From the IMG/VR virus record IMGVR_UViG_3300048849_000173, positions 2,104 through 66,103 of that record: a DNA stretch of 64,000 bases. The stretch is one strand, 5' to 3'. The notes below the pieces were generated by a model that was not told the origin of the DNA, did not search any database, and saw nothing but the letters and a program-made list of their open reading frames with translations. Each line of letters opens with the position of its first letter. Positions within the stretch are counted from its first letter, which is position 1. Positions 45,421 through 53,004 of this stretch are shown here, piece after piece. The DNA is from a virus. Taxonomy: Duplodnaviria; Caudoviricetes. A program made the translations under genes and the position numbers.

Positions 45421-46770
45421 TCAGTCCTTCAGCCCGCCACGGGTCACCCGCTTTGCCGGGCCCGCGCCGAACATGGTTCCGGGCACGAGATCGCGGAAGC
45501 GTGTATGCGGGCCGTCATAGCGCAACCCCACTCGGCCCGGTGCGCCCTGGCGGGACAGCGCCACGATGATTTCTGCGATGCCCTGGTCGACCGTGTCGGG
45601 GTTGTAGACCTCATCGCGGTAGACGAAGATCAGCGTGTCGCAGTCTTGCTCGATAGCGCCGGAATCTCGAAGGTCTGAAGGCTGGGGACGTTTGTTCGGC
45701 CGACGCTCAAGGTCGCGATTGAGCTGAGACAACAGCACCACGGCGACATCGATGTCCTTCGCGAGCGACTTCAGGCCGCGCGTGATCGTTTCGATGACGT
45801 TGTTCCGGTTGTCGCCCTCCCCGTCCATCAACTGGAGATAGTCGATCACCAGCAGGTCCAGCCCGCGCTTGCGTTTAATGGCCCGTGCCTTTTGGCGAAC
45901 GTCCATGAGCCGCAGCCCGCCTTGGTCGTCCAAGCTCAGCTTCAGGTGCTCGATCTGCTGGAGAGCCGAGGTCACCATCGTCCATTCCTCGTTGCCCCAC
46001 GCGCGCGGCGCCAGCAGCTGCTGAAGCGATGGGCCGCCAAGCGCAGCGATATTGCGGTCGTGCAGCTGGTGAAGCGGCATCTCGAGCGACAGGACGCCGG
46101 CGCTGTGCGTATGGGATGCATTGCGGGCGAAGGCAAGTGCGAGTGCCGTTTTGCCCATCTTCGGCCGGCCAGCGACGACGATCAGCTCCCCGCGGCGGAA
46201 TCCGCCAGACAACAGGCGGTCGAGGTCGGCAAACCCTGTGCTGATGCAATCGGCACCAGCACCATCCACGCGCTGCTCGAGCAAGGCCAAGTACTCACCC
46301 ATGCCGTCAGCAGCGAGGATCGGATCTTTCCGCTCGCGCGTGCTCGCCAGGGCCTCCAGCTTCGACTGCGCTGCGTCGATCATTGCTGCGGCGGTGTCCC
46401 GACCGTAATCGTTAGCCATGGCGGCTATCTCGCTACCTGCCCGCGCTAGCCAACGGCATTGCGCCCTTTCAACCACTGTCTCGGCGTAACGGTGCACGTT
46501 GGCTGCGCTGGGCGTGTTGAGAGCCAGGTCGTTCAGGTACGCAAGATCAGCCGCGTCGGCATCCATCGCACGCAGCCGCTCGAACACCGTGACCACGTCT
46601 GCGCCCACGCCATTCGTGATCATTTCGGTGATCAGGCCAAAGATCGCTCGATGGTCCGCCCGGTAGAAATGTTCGGCGCGCAGGGCACCGAGCCGGTCGA
46701 TCACATCGTTCTGCTGCAGCAGCGCGCCAAGTACTGACTGCTCGCACTGCAGGGCGTATGGCTCGGTCAT
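45421..46770 (-). CDS. dnaB: Replicative DNA helicase DnaB-like
   Basis: EQSVLGALL, AGRPKMGKT, LSLEM, LVIDYLQLM, LLSQLNR, PSDLRDSGAIEQD. Confidence 0.95.
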   Translation of the reverse strand: MTEPYALQCEQSVLGALLQQNDVIDRLGALRAEHFYRADHRAIFGLITEMITNGVGADVVTVFERLRAMDADAADLAYLNDLALNTPSAANVHRYAETVVERAQCRWLARAGSEIAAMANDYGRDTAAAMIDAAQSKLEALASTRERKDPILAADGMGEYLALLEQRVDGAGADCISTGFADLDRLLSGGFRRGELIVVAGRPKMGKTALALAFARNASHTHSAGVLSLEMPLHQLHDRNIAALGGPSLQQLLAPRAWGNEEWTMVTSALQQIEHLKLSLDDQGGLRLMDVRQKARAIKRKRGLDLLVIDYLQLMDGEGDNRNNVIETITRGLKSLAKDIDVAVVLLSQLNRDLERRPNKRPQPSDLRDSGAIEQDCDTLIFVYRDEVYNPDTVDQGIAEIIVALSRQGAPGRVGLRYDGPHTRFRDLVPGTMFGAGPAKRVTRGGLKD

Positions 46771-47717
46771 GGCGCTTCCTGCGTAGCACGCAGGGCCTGT
46801 TCGCCCACGGTGGTGAGGACAAATTCCTTCGTCGACTTGTCGATGTACCAAAGCTTGAACCAGTTGCCTTGGACGCAGTTCAGGAATGCTTTACGCCAGT
46901 CGCGGTACCGCTTGCTGTCCGAGGACCCGCCAGGCAAGTGGCGGCGCTTGAACTCGTCCCAGCAGAGGCCGAGCAGGTCCATGCCGATCCCCGTAGTCTC
47001 GGCGTACTCGATCACAGGCCTGTACTCGCTCATGGCCTTCTCGCCTTTCGCCTTGCAGTCAGCGATGAACGTCTGCAGCGTGATGGTCGGCTTGCGTTTG
47101 GATTTCTTCGGTTCCGTCCCATCCAGCCCCCCCTGGGGGTAAGGGGGATTGCTTCCATTCAATCCTTGCTTAACTTCAATACTTACTAGTGTCGGTTTTG
47201 CCGGAAGCGGTGGAGCCGTATACGGTAAAGCCGGAAGCGGTGGGTTCATCGCCGCTTCGGGATTTTCCGGAAGCGGATGATCACTCACCGTGTCGGGCTT
47301 TTCCGGAAGCGGTGCGCCACCCGCTTCCGGATTATCCGTAACCGGTGGTTTTGCCGCTTCCGGCTTTTCCGTATGCGGTAAAGCCGGAAGCGGCTGGCCG
47401 GCGCGAACCGGCACTTCTGAAACCACATAGTCAATGGGTGCGAACTTGCCCGCTGAGGCCTTCGCCTGCCTACGTGTGATGTAGCCAGTAGCCTCCAAAT
47501 CGCCCAGCAGCTTGTAAACGGTGTCTCGGCCGCTGCTGGTGCTGGCGCCCGTCGTCTCGTTAATCAGGGCCTGCACGCTGACCTGCCAGTGGTCAGGCTT
47601 ACCCAGCAGGTAAACGAGTAGGCCCCGGGCAGCCCAGCCAAGCCGCCGGTCTTCACTGATGGCCTTGTCGAGAAGGTAGAAGTTGCTTTCGGGTCTTGGC
47701 CCGCGAATGATGGCCAT
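46767..47717 (-). CDS. Replication initiator (lambda O-like, N-terminal HTH)
   Basis: ISED.RLGWAARGLL.YLLGKPD.W HTH, Pro-rich repeated linker, C-terminal W..F...H...Y.DWRKAF.N; upstream of DnaB. Confidence 0.8.
   Translation of the reverse strand: MAIIRGPRPESNFYLLDKAISEDRRLGWAARGLLVYLLGKPDHWQVSVQALINETTGASTSSGRDTVYKLLGDLEATGYITRRQAKASAGKFAPIDYVVSEVPVRAGQPLPALPHTEKPEAAKPPVTDNPEAGGAPLPEKPDTVSDHPLPENPEAAMNPPLPALPYTAPPLPAKPTLVSIEVKQGLNGSNPPYPQGGLDGTEPKKSKRKPTITLQTFIADCKAKGEKAMSEYRPVIEYAETTGIGMDLLGLCWDEFKRRHLPGGSSDSKRYRDWRKAFLNCVQGNWFKLWYIDKSTKEFVLTTVGEQALRATQEAP
47161..47393. repeat. Iteron cluster and AT-rich patch (putative phage origin)
   Basis: CCGGAAGCGG at 47201, 47231, 47267, 47303, 47384; inverted copies at 47321 and 47354; AT-rich 47161-47190. 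Confidence 0.75.
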
Positions 47718-47718
47718 A

Positions 47719-48216
47719 TCAAGCTGCTGCCTCGGAGAGTGGTGGTTGTGATGTGAGGAAGGCCCGCGGCACCACCTTGCTGGTGGGAAGCTCCTTGAGC
47801 GCCCTACCCTGGGCAGCAAGCTCGAGCGCACGAACGGGTTCCCAGGCGGCATAGGCCATATCCCACGCGTGAAACTTCTGCGCGCGGGACAGCCGGTTGC
47901 CGCTGTCGATCTCGGCGTGGCATGAGTGGCAGGCCGGGACCGTGTAGCGGTCGTGCGCCTTTATGCGCTCGCCCTTGCCATGGGCGCCTTGGTTGCTGTG
48001 CGCTGGCACCACGGTTGCAGCGCCAGCAGCGCCCAGGCAAACGCCCGGTAGCCGCAGGTAGCACTGCTGGCCCTTGCAGATATTGCGCGCGGCTTGGTCG
48101 TGACCCGAGCGTGGCTTCGGCTTTCGGCGTTTGCGCGTCTTTGGCACCGCTGCAGGCCGCACAATGGCCGACCGCTTCATTGGCGCCTTACGAGTCAACG
48201 GGGTGCGTTGCTTCAT
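47719..48216 (-). CDS. Zn-binding HNH-like nuclease (DUF1364/YbcO-like)
   Basis: CYLRLPGVC...VVPAHSN...GKG...K.HD...V.ACHSCH..ID. Confidence 0.8.
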   Translation of the reverse strand: MKQRTPLTRKAPMKRSAIVRPAAVPKTRKRRKPKPRSGHDQAARNICKGQQCYLRLPGVCLGAAGAATVVPAHSNQGAHGKGERIKAHDRYTVPACHSCHAEIDSGNRLSRAQKFHAWDMAYAAWEPVRALELAAQGRALKELPTSKVVPRAFLTSQPPLSEAAA

Positions 48217-48547
48217 GATGAACCCGGAACCGTGCGCAACCGCAGGCCGCAAGGATTTGAGCGTTGCCGTCGCGAAAAGATCAGGCGACCCGCCCGCCGC
48301 CGTACGAACAAGGCCTGATAGACGGCGGCCAGCGCACCGCCAACACTGCGCTGAGACCCCTTCTGTGCAGGACCTCCCATGGCACGACTCGACTTGGCAT
48401 ACATGGCGTTTGGCGACTGGATCGAATTCTCGGAGAAGAACTCAACGCCGCAGGAAGTCATCGAACAAACGATCGCGGTGCAGCAGCGACTCCTCGCCGC
48501 ACAAATCGTCGCTCGCACCACTGTCCCCGGCGCCACTGAGCAAGTGG

Positions 48548-48787
48548 TCATAGAGGTATTCCGTCAGCTGCATGCGGTCGCGACTGCGGCTGTAGAGAAC
48601 CAGACGCCACCCCCTCAATCCGACTCAGAAAACCGCTGAGGGTTTGATCCCAAAGCTCGCCGGCGGCACTGCCGCATGGGTAGGGGTTAGCCACTGCTTC
48701 CCCAGTTTCTTCCGCGCTCCTGCGCAGCGCATCTGCGGCTGCTCTGGCCTGCTGGACAATCAAGTCCCGAGATACGATCGGTTCCAT
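48548..48787 (-). CDS. Small hypothetical protein
   Basis: MEPIVSRD..., TGATG-coupled to the upstream gene; NPYP.GS motif. Confidence 0.55.
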   Translation of the reverse strand: MEPIVSRDLIVQQARAAADALRRSAEETGEAVANPYPCGSAAGELWDQTLSGFLSRIEGVASGSLQPQSRPHAADGIPL

Positions 48788-49380
48788 CAGCGCACCGCCT
48801 GTGGCCGAGCTTGTGCAGTGGCGACACGGATTGCACCGCGGGCTTTCTGAATGGCGCCATCGGCGTCTGCCAGCTCCCGCTCTGCGTTGCGCAGGTTGTG
48901 AAGCGTCGGGGCTGAGACGACCTCCGCCAGCGCCGAGGTCGCCTCGCTCGATTCGCGACTGACCGCCACTAAATGCTGGACTCCGTCGAGCTGCCGGTCT
49001 GAGCATGCAACCACAGGCTCAACAACAAGCCCCAACGGCGCCAGCACGTCGTTCAGGTATGCGACACGGAGATCCTCCGGCATTGCGGCCAAGATCGAGG
49101 TCTCGAAATTTGCCGGCATCAGCGTGCCGTCCTTCGTCTTGTCGTCCAGCCACCGGAAGATTCGATCGGCGGCGTTCTTGCCCCGCGTGAATGCGTCACC
49201 CCTCTGCGAAAACTCCATCTTCGGGATCTCGTTCATGCCAAGGCCCACGTGCACCTCGACGATCGAAAGCGCCACTGCCTCGCGGCTTCCAGCCCGCGCG
49301 CGCCATTCATCGACGTAGTCGAGCAGAATCGATAACTTGGTTTTGAGCGATGCAACTCGCATGATTTTTCTGTCCCTCAT
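48787..49380 (-). CDS. CII-position protein downstream of cro
   Basis: Position in the cro-rep operon; helical 197-aa ORF. Confidence 0.55.
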   Translation of the reverse strand: MRDRKIMRVASLKTKLSILLDYVDEWRARAGSREAVALSIVEVHVGLGMNEIPKMEFSQRGDAFTRGKNAADRIFRWLDDKTKDGTLMPANFETSILAAMPEDLRVAYLNDVLAPLGLVVEPVVACSDRQLDGVQHLVAVSRESSEATSALAEVVSAPTLHNLRNAERELADADGAIQKARGAIRVATAQARPQAVR

Positions 49381-49466
49381 GGCTACATTTATCCCAGCGC
49401 AATCGCCACAATCGACCGGGGGTACAAGATGGCTGACACTGGTGTCTCCCTTACTTGGAGAGCACC

Positions 49467-49646
49467 ATGAGCATCACGCCGGAATCTGAAACGAGACGAC
49501 TTCTAGCCTTAGCGATCAACATCACGACACAGCACACAGGAGGCCACGAGGCAGTGCTGGTGGCGGCGGTTTTCCAGAGGCTTTGCTACGAGACGGACCT
49601 GGCCAGCCTCGATGCGATTAAGTACATGTCGGAGCCGCCGCATTGA
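49467..49646 (+). CDS. Small hypothetical protein antisense to the cro operon
   Basis: GGAG RBS at 49457 and ATG at 49467; helical RLLALA...VFQRLCYE. Confidence 0.5.
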   Translation: MSITPESETRRLLALAINITTQHTGGHEAVLVAAVFQRLCYETDLASLDAIKYMSEPPH

Positions 49647-49871
49647 TAGGAGCGTGGTTGAACCGGCAGCCGGAGCGAAGCTAGAACTCAAGTTCATGCA
49701 CCTGAAGGAGTTAGATGCAAACGCGATCGCACGCGAGGTCCTTCGAGACCTCAGCGCCGAGCTTCCAAGCTCAGTCGCAAACGCATCAATGGAGGCCGGT
49801 GGTGCCATGCTCGAGATCACAGCAGCAACTCGGGAGCGGAGCTGGCCGATGTCAAGTGGATGTCCGTTCTG

Positions 49872-50168
49872 TCATTCATGGACCACCTCTTCGACGCCAA
49901 GCTCCAGTTCAACCTGTGCAGGGGGTGCCAAGTCGGGCCATATCAGCCAGTAATCAGTTGGACGCAGGTCCTGCCTTCCTACGGCGAAACCGCTGGCCCG
50001 CCAGATGCCCACGCAGTTTTCAGGCGACGGCAAACGGCCGCCGTAGCCATATCGCCACTGACGGATTTGCGCATCACTTTTCACGTCGTAGCCAAGCGCG
50101 AGCATGCGCTTGCGAAATTCTGAAACGCAGGGTGCGCCAGGGGCAGAGAGATATGAATGCAGGTCCAT
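49872..50168 (-). CDS. cro: Cro/YdaS-like regulator
   Basis: QIRQW.YG..GR.PSPENCV.I.RASG..V.RQDLRP.DYWLIWPDL; divergent from the repressor. Confidence 0.85.
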   Translation of the reverse strand: MDLHSYLSAPGAPCVSEFRKRMLALGYDVKSDAQIRQWRYGYGGRLPSPENCVGIWRASGFAVGRQDLRPTDYWLIWPDLAPPAQVELELGVEEVVHE

Positions 50169-50174
50169 GCCGCA

Positions 50175-50235
50175 ATGCTAGTAGCTTTTGCTACGCCTTA
50201 CAAGTAGCAAAAGCGCCGGTAGCACGTGCTACGGT
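50175..50235. promoter_or_regulatory. OR-like control region: PR and operators
   Basis: Minus strand TTGTAA-N17-TAGCAT; operators GTAGCTTTTGCTAC (50181), GTAGCAAAAGCGCC (50204), GTAGCACGTGCTAC (50219). Confidence 0.8.
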
Positions 50236-50242
50236 GCAGGCA

Positions 50243-50680
50243 ATGAACAGCCTTAAGCTTTCTGCACACCGCATTTCGCGCCTTGTCGCCGCAGTCGACA
50301 AAGTGTGTGGTGGCAACAAAACCGAATTTGCTCGCCGCCTTGGTTATAAAGACGGCGCGTTCGTGCGCCAGATGGTCAGTGGCGCACGCCCCATTTCAGA
50401 AAAGACGATCCGCGCGATCGAGGCGCTCCCAGGCATGCGGGGCTGGTTCGATACAGATACGCCTGAAGCGGCAAGCCCGGCCAAATCCAAGGCTTCGCAA
50501 AGCGATATAGAAGCTCGGTATGCAGCTGCGACGCCCGCGGCGAAAGCTCTTGTAGATCTACTTCTATTGCGGCCGGACGACAAATGGCCCGCATGGGCAT
50601 CTCCCCCGATGCATTCAGTACTTACCGCAGCGCTGGAGGTGGCTGCGAGCCTCGGAGGCAGCCACCGCAAAAGTGGCTGA
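50243..50680 (+). CDS. cI: CI-like repressor (HTH only, no S24 peptidase domain)
   Basis: GGNKTEFARRLGYKDGAFVRQMVSGARPISEKT HTH; divergent from cro and flanked by operators. Confidence 0.78.
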   Translation: MNSLKLSAHRISRLVAAVDKVCGGNKTEFARRLGYKDGAFVRQMVSGARPISEKTIRAIEALPGMRGWFDTDTPEAASPAKSKASQSDIEARYAAATPAAKALVDLLLLRPDDKWPAWASPPMHSVLTAALEVAASLGGSHRKSG

Positions 50681-50700
50681 CCCTCCAAGAGGAAAAATTA

Positions 50701-50745
50701 GGGCCGAAGCGAATGTTGTTCACGTTCGTTTCGGCCCTTTTTTTT
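50701..50745 (+). terminator. Rho-independent terminator after cI
   Basis: GGGCCGAAGCGAA-loop-TTCGTTTCGGCCC followed by T8. Confidence 0.85.
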
Positions 50746-50797
50746 CGCCGCGTACGTAACAAAACGTAACTTAGAGAAGTACGCCATTGCCCTAGTA

Positions 50798-50840
50798 GTA
50801 GCAAATGCTATTGACTCCTAAGAGTAGCAATTGCTACCAT
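50798..50840 (+). promoter_or_regulatory. OL/PL-like region
   Basis: Operators GTAGCAAATGCTAT (50798) and GTAGCAATTGCTAC (50824); TTGACT-N18-TACCAT. Confidence 0.8.
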
Positions 50841-50865
50841 TCTTGCGCCTACTAGGAGCAAAGCT

Positions 50866-51240
50866 ATGTGCAAACCGTTTGCGTGCATCCGCACTGAGAC
50901 AGCCCCCTATCTCGTCACACTCGACATTGTCGGGTCCACCCAGCCGTCCCATATCGATCTAGCGCTGCCGAACCTAGTAGATCAACTCTGCAACCGCCTC
51001 GACCGCCAAGCCGTGTTGATCCAGCAGGATCAGGACCTGTGCGAATCGTCATTCGCCAAACTTCCAAACGGCTATGTGCTCGAGCCACAACTCAGCGTAG
51101 AGGACGGTGCTCCGGTGCTGCGATTAGCGATTGATCCGTCGCGGTACGGGAGCCAGAACCTGCGCTTCGACGCATTGAAGCTGGCTGACCAAATGAAGCA
51201 GTCATTGGCATCGCTGGCAGTCGAAGCAGGGAGTGCGTGA
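50866..51240 (+). CDS. Early hypothetical protein
   Basis: AGGAG RBS; first gene after PL. Confidence 0.65.
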   Translation: MCKPFACIRTETAPYLVTLDIVGSTQPSHIDLALPNLVDQLCNRLDRQAVLIQQDQDLCESSFAKLPNGYVLEPQLSVEDGAPVLRLAIDPSRYGSQNLRFDALKLADQMKQSLASLAVEAGSA

Positions 51241-51514
51241 GATGAGCAGATACGGTCGATTCAGGGCGGCCCGCGGTGGCTTCTTCTTGCCCCGCTACGT
51301 TCACTCCGGCATCTGGGCGGACAAAGCACTGGCTTCGGATCCCTCGCTGCCGAAGGCGGAGGCTTTCCGCTGGGGAATGATCTGCGCTCACTCCCTGCAC
51401 CAACGGCCAGACGCGCAAGGCCTCACCAACCATTTTGATAGCGACGCTGATCGCGCGCTCTGGCAGCAGGGTTACGACCGCGCCAACGTCCTCATCGCTC
51501 ACTACGGCGTCTGA
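51233..51514 (+). CDS. Early hypothetical protein
   Basis: Coupled ORF. Confidence 0.5.
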   Translation: MREMSRYGRFRAARGGFFLPRYVHSGIWADKALASDPSLPKAEAFRWGMICAHSLHQRPDAQGLTNHFDSDADRALWQQGYDRANVLIAHYGV

Positions 51515-51536
51515 CGCCACCCACCGGAGTTGCACC

Positions 51537-51950
51537 ATGGATACGAAAAACGTCGTCCGGCACGGTCACGTCTGCAAGGGATGCGCGGCGCCATCGCAGC
51601 ACACTGCGCACCAGTACGCCGAGGTCGTCGCGGCCCGCAACACATACCAGCGGCTTTATCACCAGAACACTGCGCAGCTGGCGCAGGCGCGCATCGAAGT
51701 CCACAAGCTGAGGGAACAAGTCCTCAGGCTGGAGAAAGAGCTCAAGTTGCACCAGGAAGGCGCGCCGATGGCACTGCTGGAAGAGGCAGTGAAGATGATG
51801 GCGGGCCTGTCCGAAGACCGGCAGCAGTTCGATCGGGTGATGGGCGGGGTTGTGCGCTTGCCTGCAAAGACACTGGAGTTCGCCGCTCAGGGCGAAGCGT
51901 TGGTCAGTCGCGCCACGCCGTTGCTTTCCTATGCGGGGGTGGCGCAATGA
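51537..51950 (+). CDS. Early coiled-coil hypothetical protein
   Basis: GGAG RBS; CxxC then heptad region. Confidence 0.55.
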   Translation: MDTKNVVRHGHVCKGCAAPSQHTAHQYAEVVAARNTYQRLYHQNTAQLAQARIEVHKLREQVLRLEKELKLHQEGAPMALLEEAVKMMAGLSEDRQQFDRVMGGVVRLPAKTLEFAAQGEALVSRATPLLSYAGVAQ

Positions 51951-52588
51951 AAGAGCGCCCGATCCTTTTCCAGGGCGCCATGGTGCGCGCCATCTTGGAC
52001 GGAACAAAAACGCAGACCCGCCGGGCTGTGAGGCCCCAGCCCAGCTCAAGCAGCGACACCGCGATCCTAGGGTCGGATGCGATCTGGCGTTTCAGCCATC
52101 CAACTTTGCGAGGGCCAGTGAGCAATGCCGCCGATGACGTCCGGTGCCCGTACGGTCAGCCTGGTGACCGTCTCTGGGTCCGCGAGACATTCGTAAAGGC
52201 GGACGGTCAAGCCCGACCTTTGTCTGGAACTGACTACCGCGCCACCTACATGTATGGCGATGAGCTCGGAGATGAGCTCGCAGGCGTCAAGAAGCGGTGG
52301 ACACCAGCTATTCACATGCCGAAAGCGTGCAGCCGAATCCAGCTGGAGGTCACCGACGTTCGAGTTGAGCGTCTGAACACTTGCAGCGAAGCAGACGCGC
52401 TCGCGGAAGGGATAACAGGACCGCACTACGTCAGCTATCCAGCATTCAAGTCGCCGAGCGATCCGACGGCTCGATACATCAGCGCCACGGCCGCGTACCA
52501 AGCGCTGTGGGAGCAGATCAGCGGCCCTGGCAGCTGGGCAACAAACCCATGGGTTTGGGTGGTCGAGTTTCAAAGGATTGGGCAATGA
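51947..52588 (+). CDS. ASCH/PUA-like phage protein
   Basis: MKERPILF.GAMVRAILDG.KTQTRR; CPYGQPGDRLWVRET; W.P.IHMP..CSRI.LEVT.VRVERL; W..NPWVWVVEF. Confidence 0.8.
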   Translation: MKERPILFQGAMVRAILDGTKTQTRRAVRPQPSSSSDTAILGSDAIWRFSHPTLRGPVSNAADDVRCPYGQPGDRLWVRETFVKADGQARPLSGTDYRATYMYGDELGDELAGVKKRWTPAIHMPKACSRIQLEVTDVRVERLNTCSEADALAEGITGPHYVSYPAFKSPSDPTARYISATAAYQALWEQISGPGSWATNPWVWVVEFQRIGQ

Positions 52589-53004
52589 GCAAGCATCTTT
52601 CTGGGGAAACGCGCGCAACGTTGCTCGCCGCAATCGCCAAGCGCCCCATGAGCCCAACTGAAATCTCCGCTGTCATCGGGGAAAGTCCGTCGCGAATTAC
52701 TAAATGGCTGGAGCGTCGGCGTCTTGAGCAGCTTGATGTCCATGTCTTCGACTGGCGCCAGATCGAGGGGACAAACGCTGGTGAAGCCCTCTGGAAATTC
52801 GGCGCGGGCGAGAACGCGCCCTTCCCTCGCTCCAAATTTCAAAGGGAACATGCGAGGCGACTGACGGCCATCAAGCGCGCAGCTGACGTGGCACGCCGGC
52901 GTGCCGCGGTGTCGAAGCGGCCTCAACGGGATCCGTTGGTCGCGGCTTTGTTCGGCCCCTATGGCGGGGCGCAACGCCCTTCTGAAACGGGGGGTTCACT
53001 GTGA
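52585..53004 (+). CDS. HTH-like hypothetical protein
   Basis: RPMSPTEISAVIG wHTH-like; C-terminal RDPLVAALFG. Confidence 0.6.
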   Translation: MSKHLSGETRATLLAAIAKRPMSPTEISAVIGESPSRITKWLERRRLEQLDVHVFDWRQIEGTNAGEALWKFGAGENAPFPRSKFQREHARRLTAIKRAADVARRRAAVSKRPQRDPLVAALFGPYGGAQRPSETGGSL

